Shown in pieces: positions 36,374-50,090 of a stretch of 64,000 nt of DNA. How positions within the stretch are numbered: the first letter of the stretch is position 1; the number at the start of each line of letters is the position of its first letter. Made by a program: the position numbers and the translations under genes. The notes beneath the pieces are model-generated. The model was not told the DNA's origin. It made no database searches and was given only the letters and a program-made list of their open reading frames with translations. The stretch comes from the human T2T-CHM13v2.0 reference genome, Homo sapiens. The stretch is taken from NCBI RefSeq assembly GCF_009914755.1, contig NC_060940.1. One strand, 5' to 3'.

Positions 36374-37396
36374 TGAACATGAAAGGAAAATAAAAATTCC
36401 TCACAGTCATCTTTTTATAATTGTATTGTGTTTTATACCACTCATTAGTCACTGGAGTCTGTGTTGTAGATCTCAGCTTCCAAATCACCTGATCACACTA
36501 GAATTTGTTTTCTCTTTAGAGAAACTTCACATTATCTTTTGAAGCTAAATATATTATTCTATGAAACAACAGAGAAGTAGAATTAACTTTTTGTCCCATC
36601 ACTCAAGCAGGTTATACAGGCACTGGAATTAAAGGGAAAAGCAGTGGTTTTTTAAATCCCAAAGTTCATTTGTTAAAATAATTTGAATGTAATGTTCCCC
36701 TCTAATGACAAATACAGATCTGTCCTTACAGATGCAGGGGTGTTTTTTCAAACTATGCATGGCAGATGTCTGCATATGTGTTGACACTCCTGTGAGTGGA
36801 TTGTTAATGCTCTGTGTATATCTTTGAGCCACTAGAGATGTTATACTTCTGTATTTTCATCTGTTCTAAGCAGAAAGAAGTGACAGCTCTCTGCAAGCAG
36901 TCCCTCTTTAAGGAAAAACTAACATTAAGAAGTTATATCATGAGGCCAGGCACAGTGGTTCACGCCTATGATCCCAGCACTTTAGGAGGCCAAGGTGGGA
37001 GGAATGCTTGAGCCCAGGAGTTTGAGATGAGCCTGGGCAGCATAGGGAGACCACATCTCTACAAAACAAAAAATAAATAATATATATTTTTTAAACTTAG
37101 ATCATGATTTTCTTCTCTAGCCATCCCCTCCTACCTACTACCCTCTCACCAAATTGATATAAACTGTTCTGCTATAATACGACAGTAGTGGCCAGGCACC
37201 ATGGCTCATGCCTGTAACCCTAGCTCTTTGGGAGGCCAAGAAGGGCAAATCCCTTGAGCCCAGGAGTTCAAGACCAGCTTGGGCAATATGGCGAAAACCC
37301 GTCTCTACAAAAAATACAACAAATAACCAGGCATGCCGGGCGCGGTGGCTCACACCTGTAATCCCAGCACTTTGGGAGGCCGAGGCGGGCGGATCA

Positions 37397-37728
<332 letters not shown>

Positions 37729-38013
37729 TCATGCCACTCACTCCAGCCCGAGCAACAGACTGAGATATTGTCTAAAAAAAAAAAAAAGACAGTGGCATTC
37801 TTACGAAAATCCACGTTGTCAAGCACAGAACTATAAAAACAATGGATTCAGTGGGTGAAGGTAGGAGAAGGGGTTCAAGAGATTCAGACTTACAGTAGGA
37901 AAGTTATTTTTCCAATCTCAGTAAGTTTTTTAGGGTTATGAAGATTGAGCACTGACGACGCTGAAATACCACAGTGCAAATGCTTCCGTAGATTCCCTGG
38001 GCTCTGCACTCAC

Positions 38014-38140
38014 CAGATCCATTTCTATGATAAAGCACAGAGCTCCTCAAACAGAACAGTCGAGTTGCAGGCTCAGCAGCCTCCTTGTCAGTGTCCTGCT
38101 CAACTCAGCCAACTCAGCCAGGATATGGCTTTGGATCTTT
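38014..38140 (-). ncRNA. Candidate exon of a CENPN-antisense lncRNA
   Basis: Minus-strand acceptor tttatttttttccaacag| and donor CTG|gtgagt bracket 127 nt of non-repeat sequence. Confidence 0.5.
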
Positions 38141-38249
38141 CTGTTGGAAAAAAATAAACATTTGACATACTTTAATATACTAAAAAAAAAATTAATATCT
38201 GTACTTCAAGATGTCAAGATTAGTAAAATATTCACTTTTTTTTCCCTAG

Positions 38250-38313
38250 ACCTTTGAAACTCACAACTCTACGACACCTCTACAGGAAAGAAGCCTTGGA
38301 CTAGATATAAATA
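38250..38313 (+). CDS. CENPN: CENPN exon 8 (TFETHNSTTPLQERSLGLDIN)
   Basis: ttccctag| ... |gtacgt, 64 nt. Confidence 0.95.
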
Positions 38314-39211
38314 GTACGTGTGTGTTAATATGAAACTGAATTTTGGAAATGCATCATTCCCTTATAGATTTCTTTCACTTGGTAAAACGTGTATAGTAGG
38401 ATCCTAATTTAAAACTTTTATTGTTTTCAGAAAAATTGAAAAGTAAATATCTGTTGAAGGAGGAAAGCTAATCTACCATAGTTCTCCTTTAGAATTTACT
38501 AGAATAACAATAAACAACAAAACAATAATTACAAAAACAAAAGTTAGCTAATAGTTGTTGAGCATTTCTTGTGTGCCAGGCACCACACTAAGATGTTTAT
38601 ATGTATTCTTTCCTTAATCTTCACAGTAGTCCTGTGAATAAGCGCCATTCATCAGGAAACTGGGTTTCAGGGAGGTATGGTAACTCTAGGCAAAGTCACA
38701 CAGCTAAGGAGTGGCAAAACTGGGAGTAAAATCCAGGTACGTCTGGATCTGGAGCCCATGCTCTTAATGCGCTGGATAAACTTCTAGAACAATGAGAATC
38801 ATGACTGTATTGCTACTCACAGATGTCTGAAGTCTCTCACTAGAAAACCCAAGAGAAAAGAGTACAGAACTACTAAAGTAAATTTACAAAAGTGGTGGGG
38901 TAAAATAAAAATTCATAAAAAAATGAAAACTTTCCTATCTCTTAGTAGAGATTTGGCAATGAAATGAAACAGTGCCACTGTTATAAACTAAACACTTTTA
39001 TGATTTTCCAGTGTCATAGGAACTGCTGTTGATCTCATCTTAGGTAAAGAAATCAGGATATAAAATTGTGTGTATCTTACGATTCCAGTTTTAAAAATAC
39101 ATAGGTGAGGCTAGGAACAATGTTATGCATCTGTGGTCCCGGCTACTTGGGAGGTTGAGGAGGGAAGATCACGAGCCCAAGAGATCCAGTCCAGACTGGG
39201 CAACATAGTGA

Positions 39212-39553
<342 letters not shown>

Positions 39554-39572
39554 TAGGCTGGGTGCCATGGAG

Positions 39573-39624
<52 letters not shown>

Positions 39625-39762
39625 GTGTGTATATATATATGTATATATATGTGTGTATATATATGTGTATATATATATATGTGTATATATATGTGTATAT
39701 ATATGTGTGTGTATATATATGTATATATATGTGTGTGTATATATATATACACATATATGCAT
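39573..39762. repeat. Compound (TA)n/(TG)n microsatellite, 190 bp of unbroken purine-pyrimidine alternation
   Basis: Read directly; includes (GT)14 at 39589-39616. Confidence 0.97.
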
Positions 39763-40051
39763 CTTTATTTTTATTCACTGTAAAAAGAGCTAGGCAAAAA
39801 TATACTAAAATGCTAACAGTGCTTATCTCTGGGTGGTAGAATTATGATTTTTATTTTCTCTTTTATCAACCTGTACTTCACTACCCTAAGAAACTTCCCT
39901 ACACTAAGAAATTATTACAGCCAAGAGAAGAAGCAGTAAATATTATTTTAAAATTATACAAACAATTCGAAGGGTTAGGAATGAAAGGAGGATAATTTAA
40001 GGATGAAATATATTCCTAACGGCTGTTTTATTTGAAATCTTCCACCCATAG

Positions 40052-40164
40052 TGGATTCAAGGATCATTCATGAAAACATAGTAGAAAAAGAGAGAGTCCA
40101 ACGAATAACTCAAGAAACATTTGGAGATTATCCTCAACCACAACTAGAATTTGCACAATATAAG
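40052..40164 (+). CDS. CENPN: CENPN exon 9 (MDSRIIHENIVEKERVQR...FAQYK)
   Basis: ccatag| ... AAG|gtaaga, 113 nt. Confidence 0.96.
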
Positions 40165-40715
40165 GTAAGATGTCGTAATAAATATTAAGTACAAGATATC
40201 AACATTGTTTAAAAAGAACAAAAACCTTAAGTGGAAAACAGATCTAAGAAACTGTTCCTTTTTCACTTGTCACTTAAATTTCATGTAATAAATTTATGAA
40301 TTAAATAGACCTCTTTATTGTATTTATAAGTTCCTCTGTTAGCAAAAGAGACCTTTAGAAATTATGAATCTGGGCTGGGCGTGATGGCTCACTGCAACCT
40401 CTGCCTCCCAGGTTCAAGCAATTCTCCTGCCTCAGCCTCCCGAGTAGCTGGGATTACAGGCACCTGCCACCACACCTGGCTAATTTTTTTTTTTGGAGTT
40501 TTAGTAGAGACGGGGTTTCATCGTGTTGGCCAGACTGGTCTCGAACGGCTGGCCTCAGGTGATCCACCTTGCCTCGGCCTCCCAAGGTGTTGGGATTACA
40601 GACGTGAGCCACTGCGCCCAGCCATAAGTTGATAATTATTTTACCTGGGTGATGTGCACATGGGGCTCATACCGTGCTCCTCACTTTTGTATATGTTTAA
40701 AATCTTCCATAATTA

Positions 40716-40859
<144 letters not shown>

Positions 40860-41696
40860 TCAAAAATACAAGGTGTGGTGGCATGTGGCTGTGGTCCCAG
40901 CTACTTGCACTGAAGCGGGAGAATGGCTTGAGCCAGGGAGGTCGAGGCTGCAATGAGCCATGTTCGTACCACTCCAACTTGGGCAACAAAGTAAGACTCT
41001 GTCTCAAAAAAGAAACAAAGAAAGAAATCTCAGTGTGACTCAAAAAAAATGTGGTATTTTTACATTGAAGTTACAGATTGCAAAAGATAGCACTAATTTT
41101 CCATTAAGAATGCAAACTGTAAAGGGCACCTGAGGGTGGAACTGACAGTCAGCATCTTCCATGTAGCAGGCACTGTGCATGCTGGCATTTTGCCTTGGAT
41201 GTTGTTTGATACACCAGTTGCCCTCTATGTTTTGTTTTGTTTTTTTCTGAGATGCAGTTTCACTCTGTTGCCCAGGCTGGAGTGCAGTGGCACCATCTTG
41301 GCTCACTGCAGCCTCCGCCTCCTGGGTTCAAGCAATTCTCATGCCTTGGCCTCCTGGGTAGCTGGAATTACAGGTGCCCACCACCATACCCAGCTAATTA
41401 TTGTATTTTTAGTTAAGACGGGGTTTCACCATGTTGGCCAGGCTGGTCTCAAACTCCTAACCTCAAGTGATCCACTCGCCTTGGCTTCCCAAAGTGCTGA
41501 GATTACAGGCATGAGCCACTTTGCCCGACCTGCCCTCTATGTTTGCAGTTAGCAGATTAAATGGTCCCCACCCCTGTTAATTCCTGTATTTCTTAATGGC
41601 AAGAATTAATGAAACGTATCATTATGATTTCATTATATTTTACCATTCGTATTTATACAATATGTTTAATAGTCATTTATAAATGTTTGTTGACAG

Positions 41697-41823
41697 CTTG
41701 AAACGAAATTCAAAAGTGGTTTAAATGGGAGCATCTTGGCTGAGAGGAAAGAACCCCTCCGATGCCTAATAAAGTTCTCTAGCCCACATCTTCTGGAAGC
41801 ATTGAAATCCTTAGCACCAGCGG
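41697..41823 (+). CDS. CENPN: CENPN exon 10 (LETKFKSGLNGSILAERKEPLRC...LAPA)
   Basis: tgacag| ... |gtgagt, 127 nt. Confidence 0.96.
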
Positions 41824-42092
41824 GTGAGTGGTCAGCTTACTCTATAAGCTAGAAAAATTAACAACATGCCTCCATTCCATCCTTATAATCTGCTAATTAC
41901 TTCTGAGCTCACCCATCACCCTAGTCTGCTAGCCCATCCTGCTCTCTCTTTCATCTTCTGCTTCTGTACTTAATAGGGAGGAGGGGCATCTATGATCCAC
42001 CCTCTAATCTCAGCCATTTTTAAACTGACTCAAATCCATCCTCCTGTGATGACTTTTAATTTTCTTTTTCCCTTTCTTTTTTTTAATTTTAG

Positions 42093-42175
42093 GTATTGCA
42101 GATGCTCCACTTTCTCCACTGCTCACTTGCATACCCAACAAGAGAATGAATTATTTTAAAATTAGAGATAAATAA
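42093..42175 (+). CDS. CENPN: CENPN canonical last coding exon (GIADAPLSPLLTCIPNKRMNYFKIRDK*); total CDS 1020 nt = 339 aa
   Basis: Long polypyrimidine tract plus ttttag|; TAA at 42173-42175; exon lengths sum to 1020. Confidence 0.97.
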
Positions 42176-42814
42176 GACGTGCGTGGTTTCTTAAGCACAG
42201 CTCCTCCTTCTTGATATTGCACATGCACTTCAGTTCATGGCTAGCTGTATAGCTTCCGTCTGTAAACTTGTATTTTCAAGAATCCTTGGTATTGAATTTT
42301 TAGAAATGCTCACATAATTGTTGGGACTGATTCATTCCTCCACGATATGCCTCCTCTCTCTGATATCCTGCTAACTGTAGCCGTTGTGGCATTTGAGATG
42401 ACAGGACATATATATATATGGCCCCACACTTGACCTTGAGTGCCTGAATGCTCTGAAATCAAGCATATGGCACAGCGCTCAAGACTTTTGGGTTTGTGTC
42501 CTTTTTTCTATGGCTGTCTCTTCTCAATTCTGGAGAGGTCTGGTTCCAGTGGCTGGTTTCCAGGGATTGATTCTTAAGCTCTGGATCACAGAGAGAAGCA
42601 ACAAGGAACTATACTCAACTCAAAACTTTTTAGGAGAATCATGAAATTGGTCTATTCAAAGGATGGAGTTGAGTCCATTCTGTTATTGTTGCAAGAGGTT
42701 GCATATTTGGTGAGTCAGTTATATAAAATAGTGTTCTTATTGTAAATATGATACTTCTCATAATCTATTTTATCATGTGTATAACATTCAAACTGACAAA
42801 TATATTGACTTATG

Positions 42815-44661
<1,847 letters not shown>

Positions 44662-45512
44662 CTACATGACCTGCAACTTGAAAAAAAATTAAAAGCTCCA
44701 AAAAAAAAACAATACAGGAGCTTACCTTGAACCTTTGAATTGGGCCAAATTGCGATGACCACTGCATCCTGGAAAATTTTATTTCACCAGCACTACAACT
44801 CCTCAACAGCACCAACCAATAAACTATGGATTTTTGTACTAAGCCAGTTGCCTCTTTCAAAACAACTTGTCAACTTGTCTAATCACCCTCAGCTTTTTTT
44901 AAAAACCCCTCCTCTACCCTCTCTCTTCAGAACACAAGTGGCTTCTAGCTGAATCTGTCTCCCAAATTGCAATTCCTAAGACCTCAATAAAAACACCTTG
45001 TCTTGCTGCTTTGCAGTGTGGTCTTTTGCCCCTTGGATGACATTAAATGGTGTCAGAATTGAGTGGGACAAAAAAGCAACTCCCTTCTTTGTTCTGGTGC
45101 GGCCACGGATTCGAGCACAGTTCCTGCAGGAGGAACCCCTTGTGTTCCACACCTCTCCCATGGCCACGGATTCTGTTTACGAGTTGTCTCATTCCTTAAC
45201 CCCCTACCTTGGTTGAGGTTCTTTATCCAACGTCCTTGGTTGCCAGCTGTCCAGTAGCTGGGATTACAGGCACGTGCCACCATGCCCAGCTAATTTTTGT
45301 ATTTTTAGTAGAGACAGGGTTTCACCATGTTGGTCAGACTGGTCTCAAACTCCTGACCTCAAGTGATCCTGCCGCCTCGGCCTCCCAAAGTGCTGGGATT
45401 ACAGGTGTGAGCCTCAGTGCCCAGCCAAAATTCTATTTAACTTGATTTTTCTCTTCATGGCCAACTCACTGTTTCATTTGTGAAACTACTAGGGAAATTT
45501 CAGACTAGGGAA

Positions 45513-46078
45513 TATTGAGGCACAGAAAATGATGGTACTTTGGCATGCTGGATGCTTTTGAAAATGGAAAGGCCTGAGAAATACACTTGAGAGTCAAGGT
45601 CCCTCCAACCTTGTCTTATTCTTGCCTCAACCAAGGGCAGAGAGGAACTCCCTCTGGAATTTCCTTGTCTGACTAAGAAAGCTTCTTACTAAAAGAAACA
45701 CAGTTGCCTTCTATTCTGTCCTTCAAATCTCATTATCTATCAAAAAATGAAGACTGAGGAATAGAGCCACATATGGATGGACCTTTTCATAAGGCCTGCC
45801 CCTCAGGCTCATTCAGATTCCAAAGAGAATCATTTACAAGTTAATTTCTGTCTCCCTGGTCCATTTACTCTCCCTTATAATAATTTACTGCTCCTCAGAA
45901 GAATTACACACGTTCCCCATCTCCTTACTCTCCTATGAAAAAGGGTATATAAGCGTCCACACCCCATTGGGGGTTGGGGAATCATCACTCTGATGCCTCC
46001 CCTCCCCACCAGGCACGTTAATAAAACTTGTATGTCTTTTCTCCTATTAATCCGTCTTTTATCAGTTGATTTTCAGTG
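45513..46078 (+). mobile_element. Different ERV1-class LTR (MER34/MER39-like, 3'-truncated) nested in the provirus interior
   Basis: Start resembles recalled MER34/39-group consensus (gaggcacagaaaatg...actttggcatgctg); TATATAAG 45946-45953; AATAAA 46020-46025. Confidence 0.65.
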
Positions 46079-46093
46079 TTTTTTTTTTTTTAG

Positions 46094-46218
46094 CACTTGT
46101 TTGCAGGATCCAAAAGCTGCTCTGCTATTCTGGAAGCCACAGTCAAGGGACCCAGGACCCGAGCAGCTGGCAGAAGGACTTGTACCTTCTGTTTGTCCCA
46201 TTGTATCCAAGATGTTAA
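46094..46218 (+). CDS. CENPN: CENPN alternative last exon (ALVCRIQKLLCYSGSHSQGTQDPSSWQKDLYLLFVPLYPRC*), giving a 353-aa isoform
   Basis: Poly-T plus ag| acceptor at 46092-46093; phase-1 frame open for 41 codons to TAA; 353 aa agrees with my recollection of a long isoform; lies within an ERV. Confidence 0.8.
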
Positions 46219-47067
46219 AATCATGATGTCACAACATTTAGACATTTAAATGGTTAATCAAATGTATGTCTCTCCTGATATACAGCTAACTGCTATAGAC
46301 TAATGCAGGCCTCCTTGTTAAAATGGACCCTTTGTTACTCAAATTTGACCAATCTTGGAAGCTTGGATGTGCACTGACTTGACAACCACTTTTTGTGGGA
46401 CATAACACTCTAGACACAGGTGCTTCTAGCTCTAAGGGGAACAGATAACTAATCTGTGGCCAACCAACCAATGATTAATCAGCTATGCTGCCTCGGATCT
46501 TGATCAAAAAAGGAAAATGTGAAAAGTGATACACAAAATGGCATCACTTTGGTTCAGAGCTCTAAAATGGAGTTGGGAAGCCATTCTAAGAAGGACTGCC
46601 TGCACAATCTGCAACTTGCAAAACACAAAAACAAAAAATATGAACTTGCCTTGAAGCTTTGAACTGGGCCAAAACTGCAATAACCACTACATCCTGGAAA
46701 ACTGAATTTCACCAGTGCTACAACTCCTGAACAGCGGCAACCAATCAACTATGGATTCATGTACTAAGCCAGCCACCTCCACCAATGATAATTCTTTCAA
46801 AACAATTTGTGTATTAACCCTCTGCTTTCTTTTAAAAACATCTACTTCTCTCCCTCTTTTCAGAACCCCATTTGGCTTCTAGGTGAATCTGTGTCTCCCA
46901 AATTGTAATTTCTAAGACCCCAATCAAAATGCCTTGTTTGGCTGGACGTGGTAACTTGCATCTATAATCCCAGCACTTTCGGAGGCCGAGGCAGGTGGAT
47001 CACTTGACCCCAAGCTGGCCAAAATGGCGAGACCCTGTCTCTTTTCTTTTTTTTTTTTTTTAATTAA

Positions 47068-47244
<177 letters not shown>

Positions 47245-47441
47245 TGAGTAGCTGGGATTACAGGCGTGCGCACCACACCCGGCTAATTTTTGTATTTTTA
47301 GTAGAGACAGAGTTTCACCATGTTGGCCAGGATGGTCTCGATCTCTTGACCTCGTGATCCGCCCTGCCTCGGCCACCCAAAGTGCTGGGATTACAGGCGT
47401 GAGCCACCATGCCTGGCCCTTTCACCTCTTCTTGGTTGACA

Positions 47442-48126
47442 TAAGCAATCAGTTCTACAGCAGATACCAGCTGGGTATGCTCCAGTTCAATTCCAACACT
47501 AACTACCTGGCGATATCATCAGACCCCATAGGTTAAGGGCTCAGTCCCACAAAACTGCCACCCACTTCTGAGGCCAGTTGCCAGCCCCAGGTTGTTTCAC
47601 CTGCGCTTCTGACTAACCAGCTATAAATTGCATTTCCCACAACCCTCTCTTCATGTTCAATTAATTTGCTAGGGCAGCTCACAGAACTCAGGAAGACACA
47701 TAGACTGACTTCTTACAAGGGATGTTACAAAGGATTCAGATGAAAAGATGCATAGGGCAAGAGCTTCCACGCATGCCCTCTTTGAGTGCGCCTCCCTCCA
47801 GGAAACTCCATGCATTCAGCTATCTGGAAGTTCTCCAAACCCATTTCTTTTGGGATTTTATGGAGGCTTCATTACCTAGGAATGATTGATCAGCTTAAGC
47901 TTCAGCCCCTGTCTCCTCCCCAGAGGTTGAGGGGGAGGGCTGAAAGTCTCAAGCCTCTAATCCTACCTTGGTCTTTCCAGTGACCAGTCCCATCCTAAAG
48001 CTACCTAGGGACTGTGAGTCATCAGTCAACTAATTAGCATACAAAAAAACACCAATTTGCTGATTCCAAGGATTTTAGGAATTGCATGCCAGGACAAAGA
48101 CCAAATATATACTTCACATTATCACA
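47442..48126 (-). mobile_element. MER21-type LTR, main part; its other piece is ~43880-43955, split by the provirus
   Basis: Ends ...gaccaaatatatacttcacattatcaca, the reverse complement of the recalled MER21 5' end; sequence reads through across the provirus junction. Confidence 0.75.
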
Positions 48127-48529
48127 GTTATCTTGCAAGGCAAAGGGACTTGGCAGTTGGAGAAATTATCCTGGATGATTTGAATGGGCCCAATGTCATC
48201 ACAGGGGGCCTCAAGAATAGAAGAATCAGAGGGATCACTACTGAAGAAATCAGAGTGATGTGATGTGACGAAGACTCAACTCACCGTTACTGATTCTGGA
48301 GATGGAGGAAGGGTCCGCAAGCCAAGGAATGTAGGCAACCTCTAGAAGCTGGGAAAGGCAAGTGAACAGATTCTCCCCTGGAGCCTTGGGAAGGAATACA
48401 GCCCTGCTGACACCTTGATCTTAGCCCAGCAGTCTCATTTCTTTTGACCTCCAGAGCTGGAAGATAATAAATGTGTGTTAAGGCAGTAAGTTTGTGGTAA
48501 TTTATTAATAGCAAGAGAAAACGAATATA
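48127..48529 (+). mobile_element. MLT1 (ERVL-MaLR) LTR, MLT1C/D-like
   Basis: agccaaggaatgtaggcaacctctagaagctgggaaaggcaag...gattctcccctggagcct...cagccctgctgacaccttgat. Confidence 0.8.
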
Positions 48530-49169
48530 GCTGCTAGTATGTAAAAGGTGGAAATTTTCACATAAAACTCTAGCCATACCAAAGATGAGTAGCAGCTGCC
48601 CCCTTTTAATAAAGGATGTGTTTCCAATTTCACTGCAGTCCTCACCCCTCCCTTTTGTCTACCCCAGCCTCCTATGTCCATTTACATGAACTACCCAGTC
48701 TAAGTATTAAGTTTTGTAATCGTATACTGAACTGCAGTGTCTCCCAAACAGTAATCCTAATTTCAGCAGCTAAAATAGAAGCAAGCAAATCCAGCCTTCT
48801 TAAAATGATTAACCCTATCAATAATAACAATCTTTTCATTTGTATAGTGTGGTCTAGGTCAAGTTACTTAATTTATATAAGCCTAAATGTCCTTCTCTGC
48901 ACAAGGTGGGGCAAGTTACAGTACATACCCGCTACAGTCGTTTTGAAGACAAAATGAGACACAGCATGAAAAGTGCATCCACCAGACCCACCTGGTACCC
49001 AGTAAGGCCTAGGTAATAAACAACGGCGGAAATCAGTGTACTTCTGCCTCACCTGCCACTAGACATTTGGGTTGTTTCTAATCTTTGGGAAGTAAACGCA
49101 TTGCTCAACGTATTGCTTTTTCTTTTATGTGACTACTGCCTGAAGTCACTTTCCTAGGAAGAATGGATC

Positions 49170-50090
49170 GATTAGAGAGGCGGGGCAATACCTTTTACCT
49201 GCTGGCAGGTGAAATTTCGCCTCCTGGCGGCGTCACCTAAAGTCCTCTCCCTCCAAGGCGCGCCCTCCGCGGCCGGCAGGGGGCGCCGCGGCCGCCTGGG
49301 CCCGCCGGATGCTAACAAGCCTGGCGGCCTCGCCCCCTGCCGGAAGTGGCTGCGGCGGGGGCGGGGCCTACGAGCTGGGCCGGGCGGCCGTGCGGGAGCC
49401 ATGGCGGCCTCGGAGGCGGCGGCGGCGGCGGGGTCCGCGGCTCTGGCGGCGGGTGCCCGGGCCGTCCCGGCGGCCACGACAGGAGCCGCCGCCGCCGCCT
49501 CGGGCCCGTGGGTGCCCCCGGGACCCCGACTGAGGGGCAGCCGGCCGCGGCCCGCGGGGGCGACGCAGCAGCCCGCTGTCCCCGCGCCGCCGGCGGGGGA
49601 GCTGATCCAGCCGTCGGTGAGCGAGCTGTCCCGGGCCGTGCGGACCAACATCCTGTGCACCGTGCGCGGCTGCGGCAAGATCCTGCCCAACAGCCCCGCG
49701 CTCAACATGCACCTAGTCAAGAGCCACCGCCTGCAGGTGAGCCCGACGCGGCCGGCGGCCCGGGGGGCCGGGCCTGGCTCCAACAAAGCGCCCGGCGCCG
49801 GCGCGCGAAGCCGGCCTCGGGGGGACGAGCGCCCTGCGCGCTGCCGCTGCCGCTGCCCCACCGGCCTCTGCCCTCCCCGGCCGGAGGCGGCTCTCGAACC
49901 CTCGCGGCAGGCGCCGCAGGTGCGGCCTCTGGGGGGGAGGAGGAGCTGGGAGCCCCGGGTCCGCCGTACGCGCCAGTTCCCTGGTTCCCTGGCTCCCTGG
50001 CCCCGAGTGTCGTGCCGGACGCCGGCCCAGGCTTTTTACACTTTTTTGCCTGTGAGTTCTTAACGGCGTTTTGGCGAGGGACGCATCGTC
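49170..50090. promoter_or_regulatory. ATMIN CpG-island promoter
   Basis: Very GC/CpG-rich; ETS/GABPA motif CCGGAAGTG 49340-49348; GC box GGGGCGGGGC ~49358-49367. Confidence 0.9.
49401..49736 (+). CDS. ATMIN: ATM interactor (ASCIZ) exon 1, aa 1-112: Ala-rich N-terminus and first C2H2 finger
   Basis: Kozak gccATGG; MAASEAAAAAGS...; CTVRGC-x12-HLVKSH; donor CAG|gtgagc. Confidence 0.97.

Noticed and set aside
41768-41773. AATAAA inside CENPN exon 10
   Set aside because: Arises from Leu-Ile-Lys codons in an internal exon with a strong donor.
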